From: Candidatus Bipolaricaulia bacterium
Lineage (GTDB): Bacteria; Bipolaricaulota; Bipolaricaulia; JBHIAT01
Reading direction: 5' to 3'
Length of the DNA stretch: 25,617 nucleotides
Assembly: GCA_046758705.1 (NCBI GenBank)
Contig: JBHIAT010000036.1
Span: 1-25,617 of the forward strand
Under the pieces are notes generated by a model that searched no databases, was not told the DNA's origin, and saw only the letters and a program-made list of their open reading frames with translations. A program made the position numbers and the translations under genes. Positions 8,476 through 17,326 of the stretch are shown here, piece after piece (position 1 is the first letter of the stretch; every line of letters begins with the position of its first letter).

Positions 8476-9666
8476 TCATGCAATCCAAAGCTCCTTGGGA
8501 AATGTGGACAGAATCTCATAGCCATCTTCCGTTACGAGCACCATATCCTCAAGTGCAAAGTTCCCGATCTTGCCCTCCGGATCGGTAAAGATCGGCTCAA
8601 CTGTCAGGATCATCCCTGGCTCCAGCTGGAACTCCGCCTTGCCATCGAGAGACGGGGGCTCGTGGACGTCCAGCCCGACGCCGTGCCCAATCCGCTCGAT
8701 TCTCGCCTGTTGTTCCATGCCCAGATCTTTCAGGGTTGCCGCTGCCGCCTCAAAGATGCGCTTTCCTGGAATTCCGGGCCGGATCACTTCAACCCCAGCT
8801 TGTTGGGCGGCCAGATCCGCTTCGAAGTATCGCCTCTGCTCTTCGGTCGGCCCCCCGATGGACGCCATGCGCATGAAGTCGGCCCAATAGTCTTTATAGG
8901 TGGCCCCGGCATCCACGACGACCAAATCGCCTTTGTTTAGAGGTTTGTCAAACGGGGGAACGTTGATCATCTTGTATTTGTCGCGGCCGGATCGGACCAT
9001 GATGAAGCCCGGTGGATACCCGGTCTGAGACATCTCTTGCAGTATGATCCTCCCCAGCTCGCGTTCGGTCATCCCCTCATGTATGGCCTCGAATGCGGTT
9101 TCAAACGCAGTGGAGGTCGCGTTGCACGCGGCGCGAATCGCTTCGACTTCCGCCGGACTCTTCACCATGCGTAGCTGCCACAGGGCGTCCGATCCATCGA
9201 CGATCTCGAGCGCGGGGAGCGCGCGCTTAAGCGCCTCATAATCGTTTTGTGGCATGGCGAGGCGCTGACCATAGCCCAGCTCCATCCCAACTCGTGCCCG
9301 ATTCAACGACAGGTCAACGATCGCCGCCACGATGGCGTCGATCGGATCCCGAGGGACATCGGGAAAGCGAGTCCCACCCCAATACCGGACGTCTTCGATC
9401 CAGCTGGTCGCTTCCGCAACGGAAAAGAGAGACTCCGGGATAACCAGGATCGGTGTATCTATATCCCGAAGTAGAATCGCTCCCAGAGGTCGATGCTTCG
9501 ACATCCATCCGATCGTCTGCAGACCGGTGAAGTAAACGACGTTCTCCTTGCCGGTGACGAGCAAAGTGTCAAGGCCTCGTTCCGCCATGACCTGTTGGGC
9601 TTTTTCGAACCGTGATCGATATTCCGTCTCCGGGAACTCCGCATATGGAGCACATGCTGCCTTCAT
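8476..9666 (-). CDS. M24 family (Xaa-Pro peptidase/creatinase-like) metallohydrolase (paralogue A)
   Basis: Creatinase-type N-domain, LRMVKS..E, metal ligands in DAG...Y.AD..R, GHGVGLDVHE, VEP, LEDMV. Confidence 0.9.
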   Translation of the reverse strand: MKAACAPYAEFPETEYRSRFEKAQQVMAERGLDTLLVTGKENVVYFTGLQTIGWMSKHRPLGAILLRDIDTPILVIPESLFSVAEATSWIEDVRYWGGTRFPDVPRDPIDAIVAAIVDLSLNRARVGMELGYGQRLAMPQNDYEALKRALPALEIVDGSDALWQLRMVKSPAEVEAIRAACNATSTAFETAFEAIHEGMTERELGRIILQEMSQTGYPPGFIMVRSGRDKYKMINVPPFDKPLNKGDLVVVDAGATYKDYWADFMRMASIGGPTEEQRRYFEADLAAQQAGVEVIRPGIPGKRIFEAAAATLKDLGMEQQARIERIGHGVGLDVHEPPSLDGKAEFQLEPGMILTVEPIFTDPEGKIGNFALEDMVLVTEDGYEILSTFPKELWIA

Positions 9667-9704
9667 AATTCCACCCCACCCGTGTGAGTAGATTGAGCAG
9701 TCTG

Positions 9705-9727
9705 GTATACTGGTCTAACCAGTATAC
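9705..9727. promoter_or_regulatory. perfect palindrome, FadR-type operator
   Basis: GTATACTGGT-CTA-ACCAGTATAC (10-bp arms) contains TGGTnnnACCA, the FadR-subfamily consensus, and overlaps the leftward -10 (TATACT). Confidence 0.75.
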
Positions 9728-9750
9728 TACAACTTATATATGCAATACAA
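9721..9750 (-). promoter_or_regulatory. putative leftward sigma70 promoter TTGTAT-18bp-TATACT
   Basis: Forward atacaa at 9745-9750 and agtata at 9721-9726, upstream of ATG 9666. Confidence 0.5.
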
Positions 9751-9765
9751 GATGACGATTTGCGG

Positions 9766-9804
9766 ATGGACCTCTTGACAAAAGGTCCATTTATGTGATA
9801 GCTT
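9766..9804 (+). promoter_or_regulatory. rightward promoter TTGACA-18bp-(TGa)TAGCTT with an inverted repeat over the -35
   Basis: ttgaca at 9775-9780, tagctt at 9799-9804; ATGGACCT-N9-AGGTCCAT at 9766-9790. Confidence 0.6.
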
Positions 9805-9868
9805 AATAACTAAATTAAGCAAATACTATTATACTTTACCAACTATCCGTCTTGAGGTGCCTGTGAAT

Positions 9869-11257
9869 GTGAAAGGGAAAGATCGTACCACCCAAGAGTT
9901 GATCAACTTCGTGAGGGAAACTCGATATGAATCCCTTCCCCCACAGGTCATATCGACCGCCAAAAAATGCTTCCTGGATACCTTAGGTTGTGCCATCGGC
10001 GGTTATCAATCCTGTGAAGGATCGATCGTGACTGAATTTGTAAGGAACGCAATCGGGAGTCCTCAAAGCGTTGTTTTAGGGGAAGGTTTTAAGTGCTTTT
10101 ACCCCTATGCAGCGTTCGCCAATGCCACCATGGCGAACAGCTTGGATTTCGACGATACGCTATTCGGACATCACGGCGCCACCGTGATCCCAACGGTGCT
10201 CTCCATTGGAGAGATCATGGGATCAGACGGGAAACAGATCATCGAAGCGATCGTGATCGGCTATGAAACCTCTATCAGGACGGTAGCATGCCTAAAACCC
10301 AAGCTCGGGCGCTTTAGCGGAATGTGGGACCTTGGCACGTTACAAATCACAGGTGTGGTTGCTGCAGTTGGGAAATTGCTGGGATTGAACAACAGGCAAT
10401 TGGAAAATGCTTTTGGACTGGCCTTCAATACCTCACCTGTCCCTACCGTAAGAAAGGAAAGGAAGATCGCTGGTGGACGGTCCATGCTCAAGTCCGGTTT
10501 TGGTTACACCGTTCAAGCAGGCATCCACGCGTCTATCCTCGCCCAGCAAGGGTTCACAGGACCATCCAACTTTTTAGATGGTGATCTCGGTTTCTGGATA
10601 GAGGATGAATCCGAAAAGATAGGGATAACCGGAGTGGCCGACTCACTCGGTGAGAACTATGGGTTACTCCAGGTAGAATTCAAACCTTATCCAGCATGCC
10701 GCTTCTTGCATCCGGCACTCGAAGCCACAGAAAAGTTGCTACAGGAACACGAGATTCGCCCTCAGGATATTGTGAAAGTGGAGGTAGAGACCTTCGCACT
10801 TCTGGCAGATGAGTATCATAATATTGGCGAACCGACTTCTATCACCGATGCACAGTTCAGCTTGCCATTTTGTATCGGTTTGCTGATTCATGAAACGAAC
10901 TTAACCCCGTCATCTTTCCAGAAAGTGAATCAGGACCGTTCGGTTCTAGAAGTCGTCAGAAAGGTGGCGGTCAAAGTCGATGATCGATCTGAGCGAAAAT
11001 TCCCCGACCAACTGACCGCCGAAGTGACTATCTTTACCCAGAGTGGGGAACAGCGGAGCCGTTATGTAGAAACCCCGAAAGGCGACCTCAAAAATCCCAT
11101 GACAGAAGACGAATTGAGCGGCAAGTTCTTCAATCTCACTGAAGATATCTATGATAAGGATCAAGTGAAACGTATAGTGGAGGATATCGACCGCATTGAA
11201 GAGGAGGATAACTTCACCACATTTGCGAAAAATCTTGAAAACTTAAAAAGGAGGTGA
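9869..11257 (+). CDS. MmgE/PrpD family protein
   Basis: LDTLGCAIGG, AAFANA.MANSLDFDD...H, KPYPACRFLH, AQFSLPF, PKGD..NPM..EL..KF. Start uncertain (GTG at 9857, 9863 or 9869); GAGGTG at 9854-9859 favours 9869. Confidence 0.9.
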   Translation: MKGKDRTTQELINFVRETRYESLPPQVISTAKKCFLDTLGCAIGGYQSCEGSIVTEFVRNAIGSPQSVVLGEGFKCFYPYAAFANATMANSLDFDDTLFGHHGATVIPTVLSIGEIMGSDGKQIIEAIVIGYETSIRTVACLKPKLGRFSGMWDLGTLQITGVVAAVGKLLGLNNRQLENAFGLAFNTSPVPTVRKERKIAGGRSMLKSGFGYTVQAGIHASILAQQGFTGPSNFLDGDLGFWIEDESEKIGITGVADSLGENYGLLQVEFKPYPACRFLHPALEATEKLLQEHEIRPQDIVKVEVETFALLADEYHNIGEPTSITDAQFSLPFCIGLLIHETNLTPSSFQKVNQDRSVLEVVRKVAVKVDDRSERKFPDQLTAEVTIFTQSGEQRSRYVETPKGDLKNPMTEDELSGKFFNLTEDIYDKDQVKRIVEDIDRIEEEDNFTTFAKNLENLKRR

Positions 11258-11319
11258 TATACAAGCCGCCGAAGCGAAGTGGGTAGATGCAAAAACTCCA
11301 TCCTAGGAGGTGCAAGGGC

Positions 11320-12999
11320 ATGTCTCTCAGACGAATTTCGATCGTGGTTGCTGTTGTCTCAATCCTGTTTGCAGTCAGTGGAGTTGGCGCTGAAATACGC
11401 GTCACCGAAGAGGGGATCCTCACCGGGGGAGCCGTTGTTGACGAGATCGTATTCCCCTATCCGGCAAGCAGTTGGGATCCTGTTAGGTTCGAGGCCGGAA
11501 ACCTGTTGATCCGTACGTGGCGCGATCTGGGTCTTAGCGTCGAAGCCCTCCCCATGAATTATTCGGGAGTATTCTCTCTGATCAGTGAATCTCCCCATGA
11601 CGATTACAATGCATGGGTATTTGGGTACGTTTCCCGACCTGAGCGACTGGACCCGGATGTACTCCTGTATCGTCCTTTCCATACAACGGGTCAAAACTTC
11701 CAAAGATTTTCCTATGAGCTTTACGATGAGGTTGTGGAGGCTCAACGCCAAGAGGTGGACTTGGAGAAGCGTCGGGAATTGGTCTATCAAGCCCAGGAGA
11801 TTTTGAACGAACAGGTTCCAGCGATACCGTTGTATCATGTCACTTCGATCGTGGCTCACAGTCAAGGGCGCTTCGAGGGATGGACCCCCATGGTGGGATA
11901 CAATCTGTTCAACGAATGGAACCTGCTGAACTTGAGGCCTTTGACCTTCGATAACACGGTAAAATTTGCACGGGTGAGTCCGCTGACCTCTTCGAATCCT
12001 CTCAACTTCGCAGGAGGTCACAATCCAGATATCATGAAGCTGATCTACGACTCGTTGGCCAGGATCGCTCCGAACGGACAACCGGTCCCCTGGGCGGCTG
12101 AATCTTGGGAGTGGCTGGACAACAGGACGCTTCTGGTCAACCTGAGACAAGGGATGGTGTTCCATGATGGGAAACCGGTAACTGCCGAGGACGTCAAGTT
12201 TAGCTACGAGTACATCGACAGATGGGGGGTGCCAGAGTTGGTCCCGTTCACCAGTGTTTTCACCGACATTCAAGTCCTGGATGACCACACGCTCAAGATG
12301 ACCATGGAGACGTCCTATCCAGGGGTGCTTCAAACGACCTTCTCGAAGGTCTACATTCTCCCGAAGCATATTTGGGAGGACGTGGTCCAACGGGAAGGCT
12401 TGGATACCCCCCTGAAGTGGAACAATCCCAATCCAATCGGAAGCGGTCCTTTTAAGTGGGGATTTTGGAGGCCACAGGAAGAGCTCTACTTAGAGCCTTT
12501 CGAAGGCCACTGGCAGCCTCCCCAGGTGAACTTCCGCTTCATCCCGTTCGCCAACCCGGAAGCGCTGTGGTTTGCGGTACAATCCGGTGATGTAGACTAC
12601 CACGAACGCCGACTTCTGCCGGGTCAGATCGATGAAGCGAAGCAAATACGGGAGCTTGGACTATCGACAAAGCCGGACTTTGGGGTGTACTATCTCGGCT
12701 TTAACCTGCAAATACTCCCGTTTGCGGACTTCAAGTTTAGGCAGGCATTGGCTTATGCGATCGACTACGACTTTATCGTCGACGTCATCCTGCAAGGGTA
12801 CGGACAGCGCGGCGAATCGTTTATCGCACCGGCCAACGAGTTCTGGCACAATCCAAACCTGGATCTTCGAGAGTTCGATCTGGAGAGGACCAGACAGATA
12901 CTCGAAGAAGCAGGCTACACCTGGGATAGTCGAGGGCGTCTCCACTATCCGGAACTGATCCCGAGAGAAAGGCTCGCCGCTTCTTCGCTCGGCAACTAG
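11320..12999 (+). CDS. ABC transporter substrate-binding protein, family 5 (Dpp/Opp/Nik type), circularly permuted
   Basis: AGGAGG RBS before ATG 11320; signal peptide without a lipobox Cys; family-5 signature AESWE...LRQGMVFHDGKPVTAEDVKFS, PIGSGPF, RQALAYAID. Confidence 0.9.
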   Translation: MSLRRISIVVAVVSILFAVSGVGAEIRVTEEGILTGGAVVDEIVFPYPASSWDPVRFEAGNLLIRTWRDLGLSVEALPMNYSGVFSLISESPHDDYNAWVFGYVSRPERLDPDVLLYRPFHTTGQNFQRFSYELYDEVVEAQRQEVDLEKRRELVYQAQEILNEQVPAIPLYHVTSIVAHSQGRFEGWTPMVGYNLFNEWNLLNLRPLTFDNTVKFARVSPLTSSNPLNFAGGHNPDIMKLIYDSLARIAPNGQPVPWAAESWEWLDNRTLLVNLRQGMVFHDGKPVTAEDVKFSYEYIDRWGVPELVPFTSVFTDIQVLDDHTLKMTMETSYPGVLQTTFSKVYILPKHIWEDVVQREGLDTPLKWNNPNPIGSGPFKWGFWRPQEELYLEPFEGHWQPPQVNFRFIPFANPEALWFAVQSGDVDYHERRLLPGQIDEAKQIRELGLSTKPDFGVYYLGFNLQILPFADFKFRQALAYAIDYDFIVDVILQGYGQRGESFIAPANEFWHNPNLDLREFDLERTRQILEEAGYTWDSRGRLHYPELIPRERLAASSLGN

Positions 13000-13028
13000 T
13001 AACCCACGGACGACGATTTTAAAACCGA

Positions 13029-13081
13029 ATAGATGGGGGGGCGTCACCTAGCTTGGCTAGCTTGGCGCACCCCCCATCTAT
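13029..13081 (+). other. long intergenic stem-loop after the binding-protein gene (mRNA stabiliser or partial terminator)
   Basis: ATAGATGGGGGG (13029-13040) pairs perfectly with CCCCCCATCTAT (13070-13081); inner CTAGC-TTG-GCTAG; no U-tract. Confidence 0.7.
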
Positions 13082-13109
13082 CAAGATACAAGATAAAGAA
13101 GGCCAGGCC

Positions 13110-14081
13110 ATGAGCGCTTATATTACGAGACGTATCTTCACATCCCTCGTCACCCTGTTTCTGATTTTAACGATCACCTTTATCATGTTCCGGCTACTCC
13201 CCGGCGACCCAACGATCGCTTTGACAAGCCCACTGTTACCCGCGAAGGCTCGCCAGGATTTGCAAGCTCAGTTCGGCTTAGACAAATCCGTTTTCCAGCA
13301 ATACTACCTTTTCATCTTCAATACCCTTAAAGGAAACTTCGGCCACTCTTTTTTCAACAATGTCCCCGTATTTGAGTACATCATGCCACGGCTTCTGAAC
13401 ACACTTTTTCTTTCCTTTTCGGCTTTTTTTATCAGCTACAGCGTGGGGCTCATTGGCGGCCTGATTCTGATATGGAAATACAATACATGGGTAGAAAAAA
13501 CGGGAATCGCCGTTGTTCTCTGCCTCCGTGCCCCTCCCGTATTCTGGACTGGGATGCTGGCGATGATGTTCTTTTCCTTCCAGTTGGGATGGTTCCCGTA
13601 CAGAGGTATCCGATCTATCGGATACACTGCTACCGGTCTCTTGGATAAATATCTTTCTTTAGATTTTCTCCATCACCTGGTATTGCCCTCTCTGGTCATG
13701 AGCGCTTATCTGATCGGCTTCCCGATGTTGCTGTTCCGAAATTCCCTGCTAAGGGTCATGAAGCTCGATTACGTTCAAACGGCCAGAGCAAAAGGGCTAT
13801 CAGAACTCAAAGTGTTAATAAAACACACGGCCCGCAACGGCCTGCTTCCCATTGTAACCGCAGCCGGGACCTACATAGGCCTGGCTGCAGGCGGGATGGC
13901 CGTGGTCGAGTTTGTCTTCTCCTGGCCTGGCTTAGGACAAGCTTTGATTCAAGCAATCGGTGTCAGAGATTATCCGATCGCTCAAGGGGCCTTCTTTTTA
14001 ATCGGTGCAATGGTGATCGTGGCCAACTTTATTGTCGACCTTATCTATGTCGTCTTGGACCCACGAATTACGTACGATTAG
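13110..14081 (+). CDS. ABC transporter permease (DppB/OppB-like)
   Basis: YITRRI, RLLPGDP, FGLDK...QY, GNFGHSF, HLVLP, DYVQTARAKGL (EAA loop), FSWPGLG, RDYP, DPRI. Confidence 0.92.
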   Translation: MSAYITRRIFTSLVTLFLILTITFIMFRLLPGDPTIALTSPLLPAKARQDLQAQFGLDKSVFQQYYLFIFNTLKGNFGHSFFNNVPVFEYIMPRLLNTLFLSFSAFFISYSVGLIGGLILIWKYNTWVEKTGIAVVLCLRAPPVFWTGMLAMMFFSFQLGWFPYRGIRSIGYTATGLLDKYLSLDFLHHLVLPSLVMSAYLIGFPMLLFRNSLLRVMKLDYVQTARAKGLSELKVLIKHTARNGLLPIVTAAGTYIGLAAGGMAVVEFVFSWPGLGQALIQAIGVRDYPIAQGAFFLIGAMVIVANFIVDLIYVVLDPRITYD

Positions 14082-14099
14082 CTTCGGTGAGGGATCATT

Positions 14100-14969
14100 T
14101 TGACCTGGCTAAAGGGTTTTCTTGTTGGACAATGGGATATCTTCCGACGAGATAAACTGGCGCTTTTCGGATTATTTGTGGTCTTTTCATATGCCATCGT
14201 TGCGATATTTGCCCCTCAAATCGCTCCTTACGGCGTGGATGAATTTATACGAGGTGAAGATGGTAAAGTCCAGTTCATGAAACCCCCATCTTCCAAATTC
14301 TGGTTCGGAACCACCCGTTTGGGAAGGGATGTTTTCACTCAGGTCGTTTATGGGACAAGGATATCATTGATCATAGGGCTGTTAAGCGGCTTAGCGGTCG
14401 CATTCTTGGGCACCATTTTGGGCATCGTGGCCGGGTATTATAAAGGGAGATGGATAGAGGAGGTGCTCATGAGAATGGTCGATATCGCTTACACCATTCC
14501 GGTAGCGCCTTTTGTCATCATCATCGTCTCTCTGCTGTCACGAAGTTATTGGATCATCATCGCCTCAATCACCATTTTGATGTGGCGTTCCTCGGCACGC
14601 GTTGTTCGAGCCCAAACGTTGTCGATCATCAGTGAGAGCTATCTTGAAGCGGCTCGAGCGATCGGGGCAAGTGATCTCAGAATTATCTTTGTCCATATCT
14701 TCCCAAATGTGCTTCCAATCACGGCCGTCTATGTCGCTCTGGGTGCAGGATGGGCTATCATCACCGAAGCAAATGTCAGCTTCCTGGGTTACGGCAGTGA
14801 TGCCCCGAGCTGGGGATCGCTACTGCAGCTCGCCTATGCCACCGGTGCTTTCCGAAGAGCTTGGTGGTGGGCACTCTTCCCAGGTCTCGTGTTGATCTTA
14901 CTCGTGGTGAGCATCTTCTTCATCAGCCGCGCCTATGAACGCGTGGCCAATCCCCAACTCCGGGAGTAG
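14100..14969 (+). CDS. ABC transporter permease (DppC/OppC-like)
   Basis: PPS...WFGT..LGRDVF..VVYGTRISL, AR.VRAQ.LS, YLEAARAIGAS..RII..HIFPN, SFLG, PSWG, WW...PG; TTG start after GAGG. Confidence 0.92.
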   Translation: MTWLKGFLVGQWDIFRRDKLALFGLFVVFSYAIVAIFAPQIAPYGVDEFIRGEDGKVQFMKPPSSKFWFGTTRLGRDVFTQVVYGTRISLIIGLLSGLAVAFLGTILGIVAGYYKGRWIEEVLMRMVDIAYTIPVAPFVIIIVSLLSRSYWIIIASITILMWRSSARVVRAQTLSIISESYLEAARAIGASDLRIIFVHIFPNVLPITAVYVALGAGWAIITEANVSFLGYGSDAPSWGSLLQLAYATGAFRRAWWWALFPGLVLILLVVSIFFISRAYERVANPQLRE

Positions 14970-14995
14970 GGACACGATATGCTGTGCCTAAACAG

Positions 14996-15019
14996 TCTGT
15001 AAATCTGTAAATCTGCAAA
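14996..15019 (+). repeat. 8-bp tandem repeat, three units (TCTGTAAA TCTGTAAA TCTGCAAA)
   Basis: Read directly in the spacer between the permease and hydrolase genes. Confidence 0.6.
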
Positions 15020-15029
15020 GGGGGCCATC

Positions 15030-16214
15030 GTGCCATTTCAACCGTTTCCCCAAGAGGAGTTCAAGCAGAGACTAGAGAACGTACAGGCCGAGTTAACCAG
15101 GTCTGACCTGGATGCATTGCTGCTCACTGCCAAGGAGAATGTCATCTATTTCAGTGGTTTGCAAACTTCGGGTTGGCATTCAAAACATCGTCCCCTGGGC
15201 CTGATCATTCCCAAGGAGGCGCGTCCGGCTTTGGTCGTCCCCGAAGCGTGGGAGTCCATGGTTGAGGAGACGACCTGGATATCGGACGTGCACCTGTGGG
15301 GAGGTTGGCGCGAGAAACGGGCGGTCCGGGATCCGATTCAGGGAATCGTAGAAGTGATCGAAGGGATGGGATTGAGTCACGGGACGATCGGAATGGAATT
15401 CGGCACCGAAATGTACCTCGCCATGTCCCAAAGGGACTTCTTTAGGCTCAAAGATGGCCTCGCCCATGCAGAACTCGTCGATGCGGCCGATCTGATCTGG
15501 AGGATCAGAATGATCAAGTCAGCGTGGGAGGTTGAAACGATCAAAGTGGCATGCGATGCCACCTGCAAAGCCTTTGAGGTCGCTTTTCAAAACATAAAAG
15601 CGGGGATGACGGAACGGGAGTTGGCCGGCATGATGTTTGAGGTGATGGTAAAACACACAAACCACCTGCCCGGCTTTGCCGTTATTCGTTCAGGGAAGGT
15701 CAAATACAAGATGATGAATGTGCCTCCGTTCGACAAGAAAATGGAGAAAGGCGACATGGTGCTGGTCGATGCGGGCGCCAAATTTAACGACTATTGGTGC
15801 GACATGATGAGGATGGCCAACATCGGAGGGTCTTCCGACGAGCAACGCCAGTTTTTTGAAGTGATCCGAGCCTCCCAACAGGCGGGAAGCCAGGTGATCA
15901 AGCCGGGTATCAAGGCTCGCGAAATTTTCGATGCCTGTAAAGATGTGATCGATCAAATGGGCTTCGGGAAATATATTCCCGGCCTGGAGAGGGTGGGCCA
16001 CAGTGTGGGACTCGATATACACGAACCGCTGTCCCTTGCAGCCGGAAGCGACTTTGAACTCAAGCCAGGGATGGTGCTGACCGTCGAGCCGATCTTTTCG
16101 GATCACCCGGACTATCAGATCGGCAACTTTGGCATCGAGGACATGATTCTGGTTACAGAGACAGGTCATGAGATCCTGACGGACTTTTCTCGGGATCTTC
16201 AGATCGCGAGGTGA
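15030..16214 (+). CDS. M24 family metallohydrolase (paralogue B)
   Basis: DAG...Y.CD..R, GHSVGLDIHE, VEP, IEDMI; shares KENV.YF.GLQT.GW.SKHRPLG and KYKM.NVPPFDK with 8476-9666. Confidence 0.9.
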   Translation: MPFQPFPQEEFKQRLENVQAELTRSDLDALLLTAKENVIYFSGLQTSGWHSKHRPLGLIIPKEARPALVVPEAWESMVEETTWISDVHLWGGWREKRAVRDPIQGIVEVIEGMGLSHGTIGMEFGTEMYLAMSQRDFFRLKDGLAHAELVDAADLIWRIRMIKSAWEVETIKVACDATCKAFEVAFQNIKAGMTERELAGMMFEVMVKHTNHLPGFAVIRSGKVKYKMMNVPPFDKKMEKGDMVLVDAGAKFNDYWCDMMRMANIGGSSDEQRQFFEVIRASQQAGSQVIKPGIKAREIFDACKDVIDQMGFGKYIPGLERVGHSVGLDIHEPLSLAAGSDFELKPGMVLTVEPIFSDHPDYQIGNFGIEDMILVTETGHEILTDFSRDLQIAR

Positions 16215-16221
16215 GCACGGT

Positions 16222-17313
16222 ATGGAAAAGATCGCCGTTTTGGGGGCCGGCCCCGGGGGGCTCGGAATCGCCGTCGCGCTCAAATTGAACGGCCATGATG
16301 TCTCCGTCTTTACCCGATCGATCGAGCGCATTCAGGCGATCCAAGAGGCGGGTGGCGTTCATTTCGAGGGAGACCACGGCCCAGATACAGGCTTTGTAGA
16401 ACTCCCATGGGTCACTCATGATCCCCAAAAAGCATTGGACTCCCGGGATATCTTTATCATAGCTGTTCCGGCATACGGTCAGCAGTATATGGCAGAAATA
16501 GCACTGCCTTGGCTGAAACCGGGAAATATCCTTCTTTTAACTCCAGGTTGCGCGGGAAGTCTTGAGGTATTTGAGTCTCTGAAATGCAAGGTCGATTTCG
16601 TTAACGAGGTTCTGTTGGGCGAAACAATGAGCTTACCGCAAGCAGCAAGGATGCTCAGCCCCAATAAGATCAAGATCAAATGGCGTGTTCACCTGAATGG
16701 CGACTTCTCCTCCCCTGGACGCGTCGCAGCGTTTCCCGGTCAGAATACCCCTGAGATCCTGAACCGATTAAATCGAGCCTTTACCGTCCAAACGGGGAAA
16801 AATGTGCTGGATACGGGTCTCAACAACCCCAATTTCATCATCCACCCCGCCCCGATGACATTGAACTACGCGGAAGTGGAAAGACGCGACGGCAAGCTTT
16901 CACTCATGAACGAAGGCATGACAAAGGGCGTCCTTGCCTGCATGGATGCGGTTGACCGAGAAAAGCAGGCGGTGAGTCGAGCGATCGGCAACGACCCTCT
17001 CGATATAGATTCGGTATACCGTTCCTATGGAAGCTCGCCGAGTGTCTACCGGGAACCGGGTGAACCCATGGGTCTCAAAGACCGTATCTGGTCGCGATAT
17101 ATAGAGGAAGATGTACCCTACGGAACGGTCATGATATCCTCCATCGGAAGTATGCTCAGCGTTCCGACACCGGTCTGTGACGGTATCAACCATCTCCTCT
17201 CTGTGGTTGAGAGCAGAGATTTCTATCAAGACGGAAGGACGGTAGAAAAACTCGGGATTGCCGGGATGTCGAGCGACCAACTGAGCGCGTATCTCCATAC
17301 CGGAGAAAAGTAG
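16222..17313 (+). CDS. opine dehydrogenase family protein (paralogue B)
   Basis: IAVLGAGPGG, LNNPNFIIHPAPM.LNYAE, GSSPSVYREPGEPMGL, RYIEEDVPYG shared with 6653-7714. Confidence 0.88.
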   Translation: MEKIAVLGAGPGGLGIAVALKLNGHDVSVFTRSIERIQAIQEAGGVHFEGDHGPDTGFVELPWVTHDPQKALDSRDIFIIAVPAYGQQYMAEIALPWLKPGNILLLTPGCAGSLEVFESLKCKVDFVNEVLLGETMSLPQAARMLSPNKIKIKWRVHLNGDFSSPGRVAAFPGQNTPEILNRLNRAFTVQTGKNVLDTGLNNPNFIIHPAPMTLNYAEVERRDGKLSLMNEGMTKGVLACMDAVDREKQAVSRAIGNDPLDIDSVYRSYGSSPSVYREPGEPMGLKDRIWSRYIEEDVPYGTVMISSIGSMLSVPTPVCDGINHLLSVVESRDFYQDGRTVEKLGIAGMSSDQLSAYLHTGEK

Positions 17314-17326
17314 GGAGAGAATTTTT

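Noticed and set aside
11359-12390. 343-aa minus-strand ORF
   Set aside because: Antisense to the SBP gene, with no domain signature.
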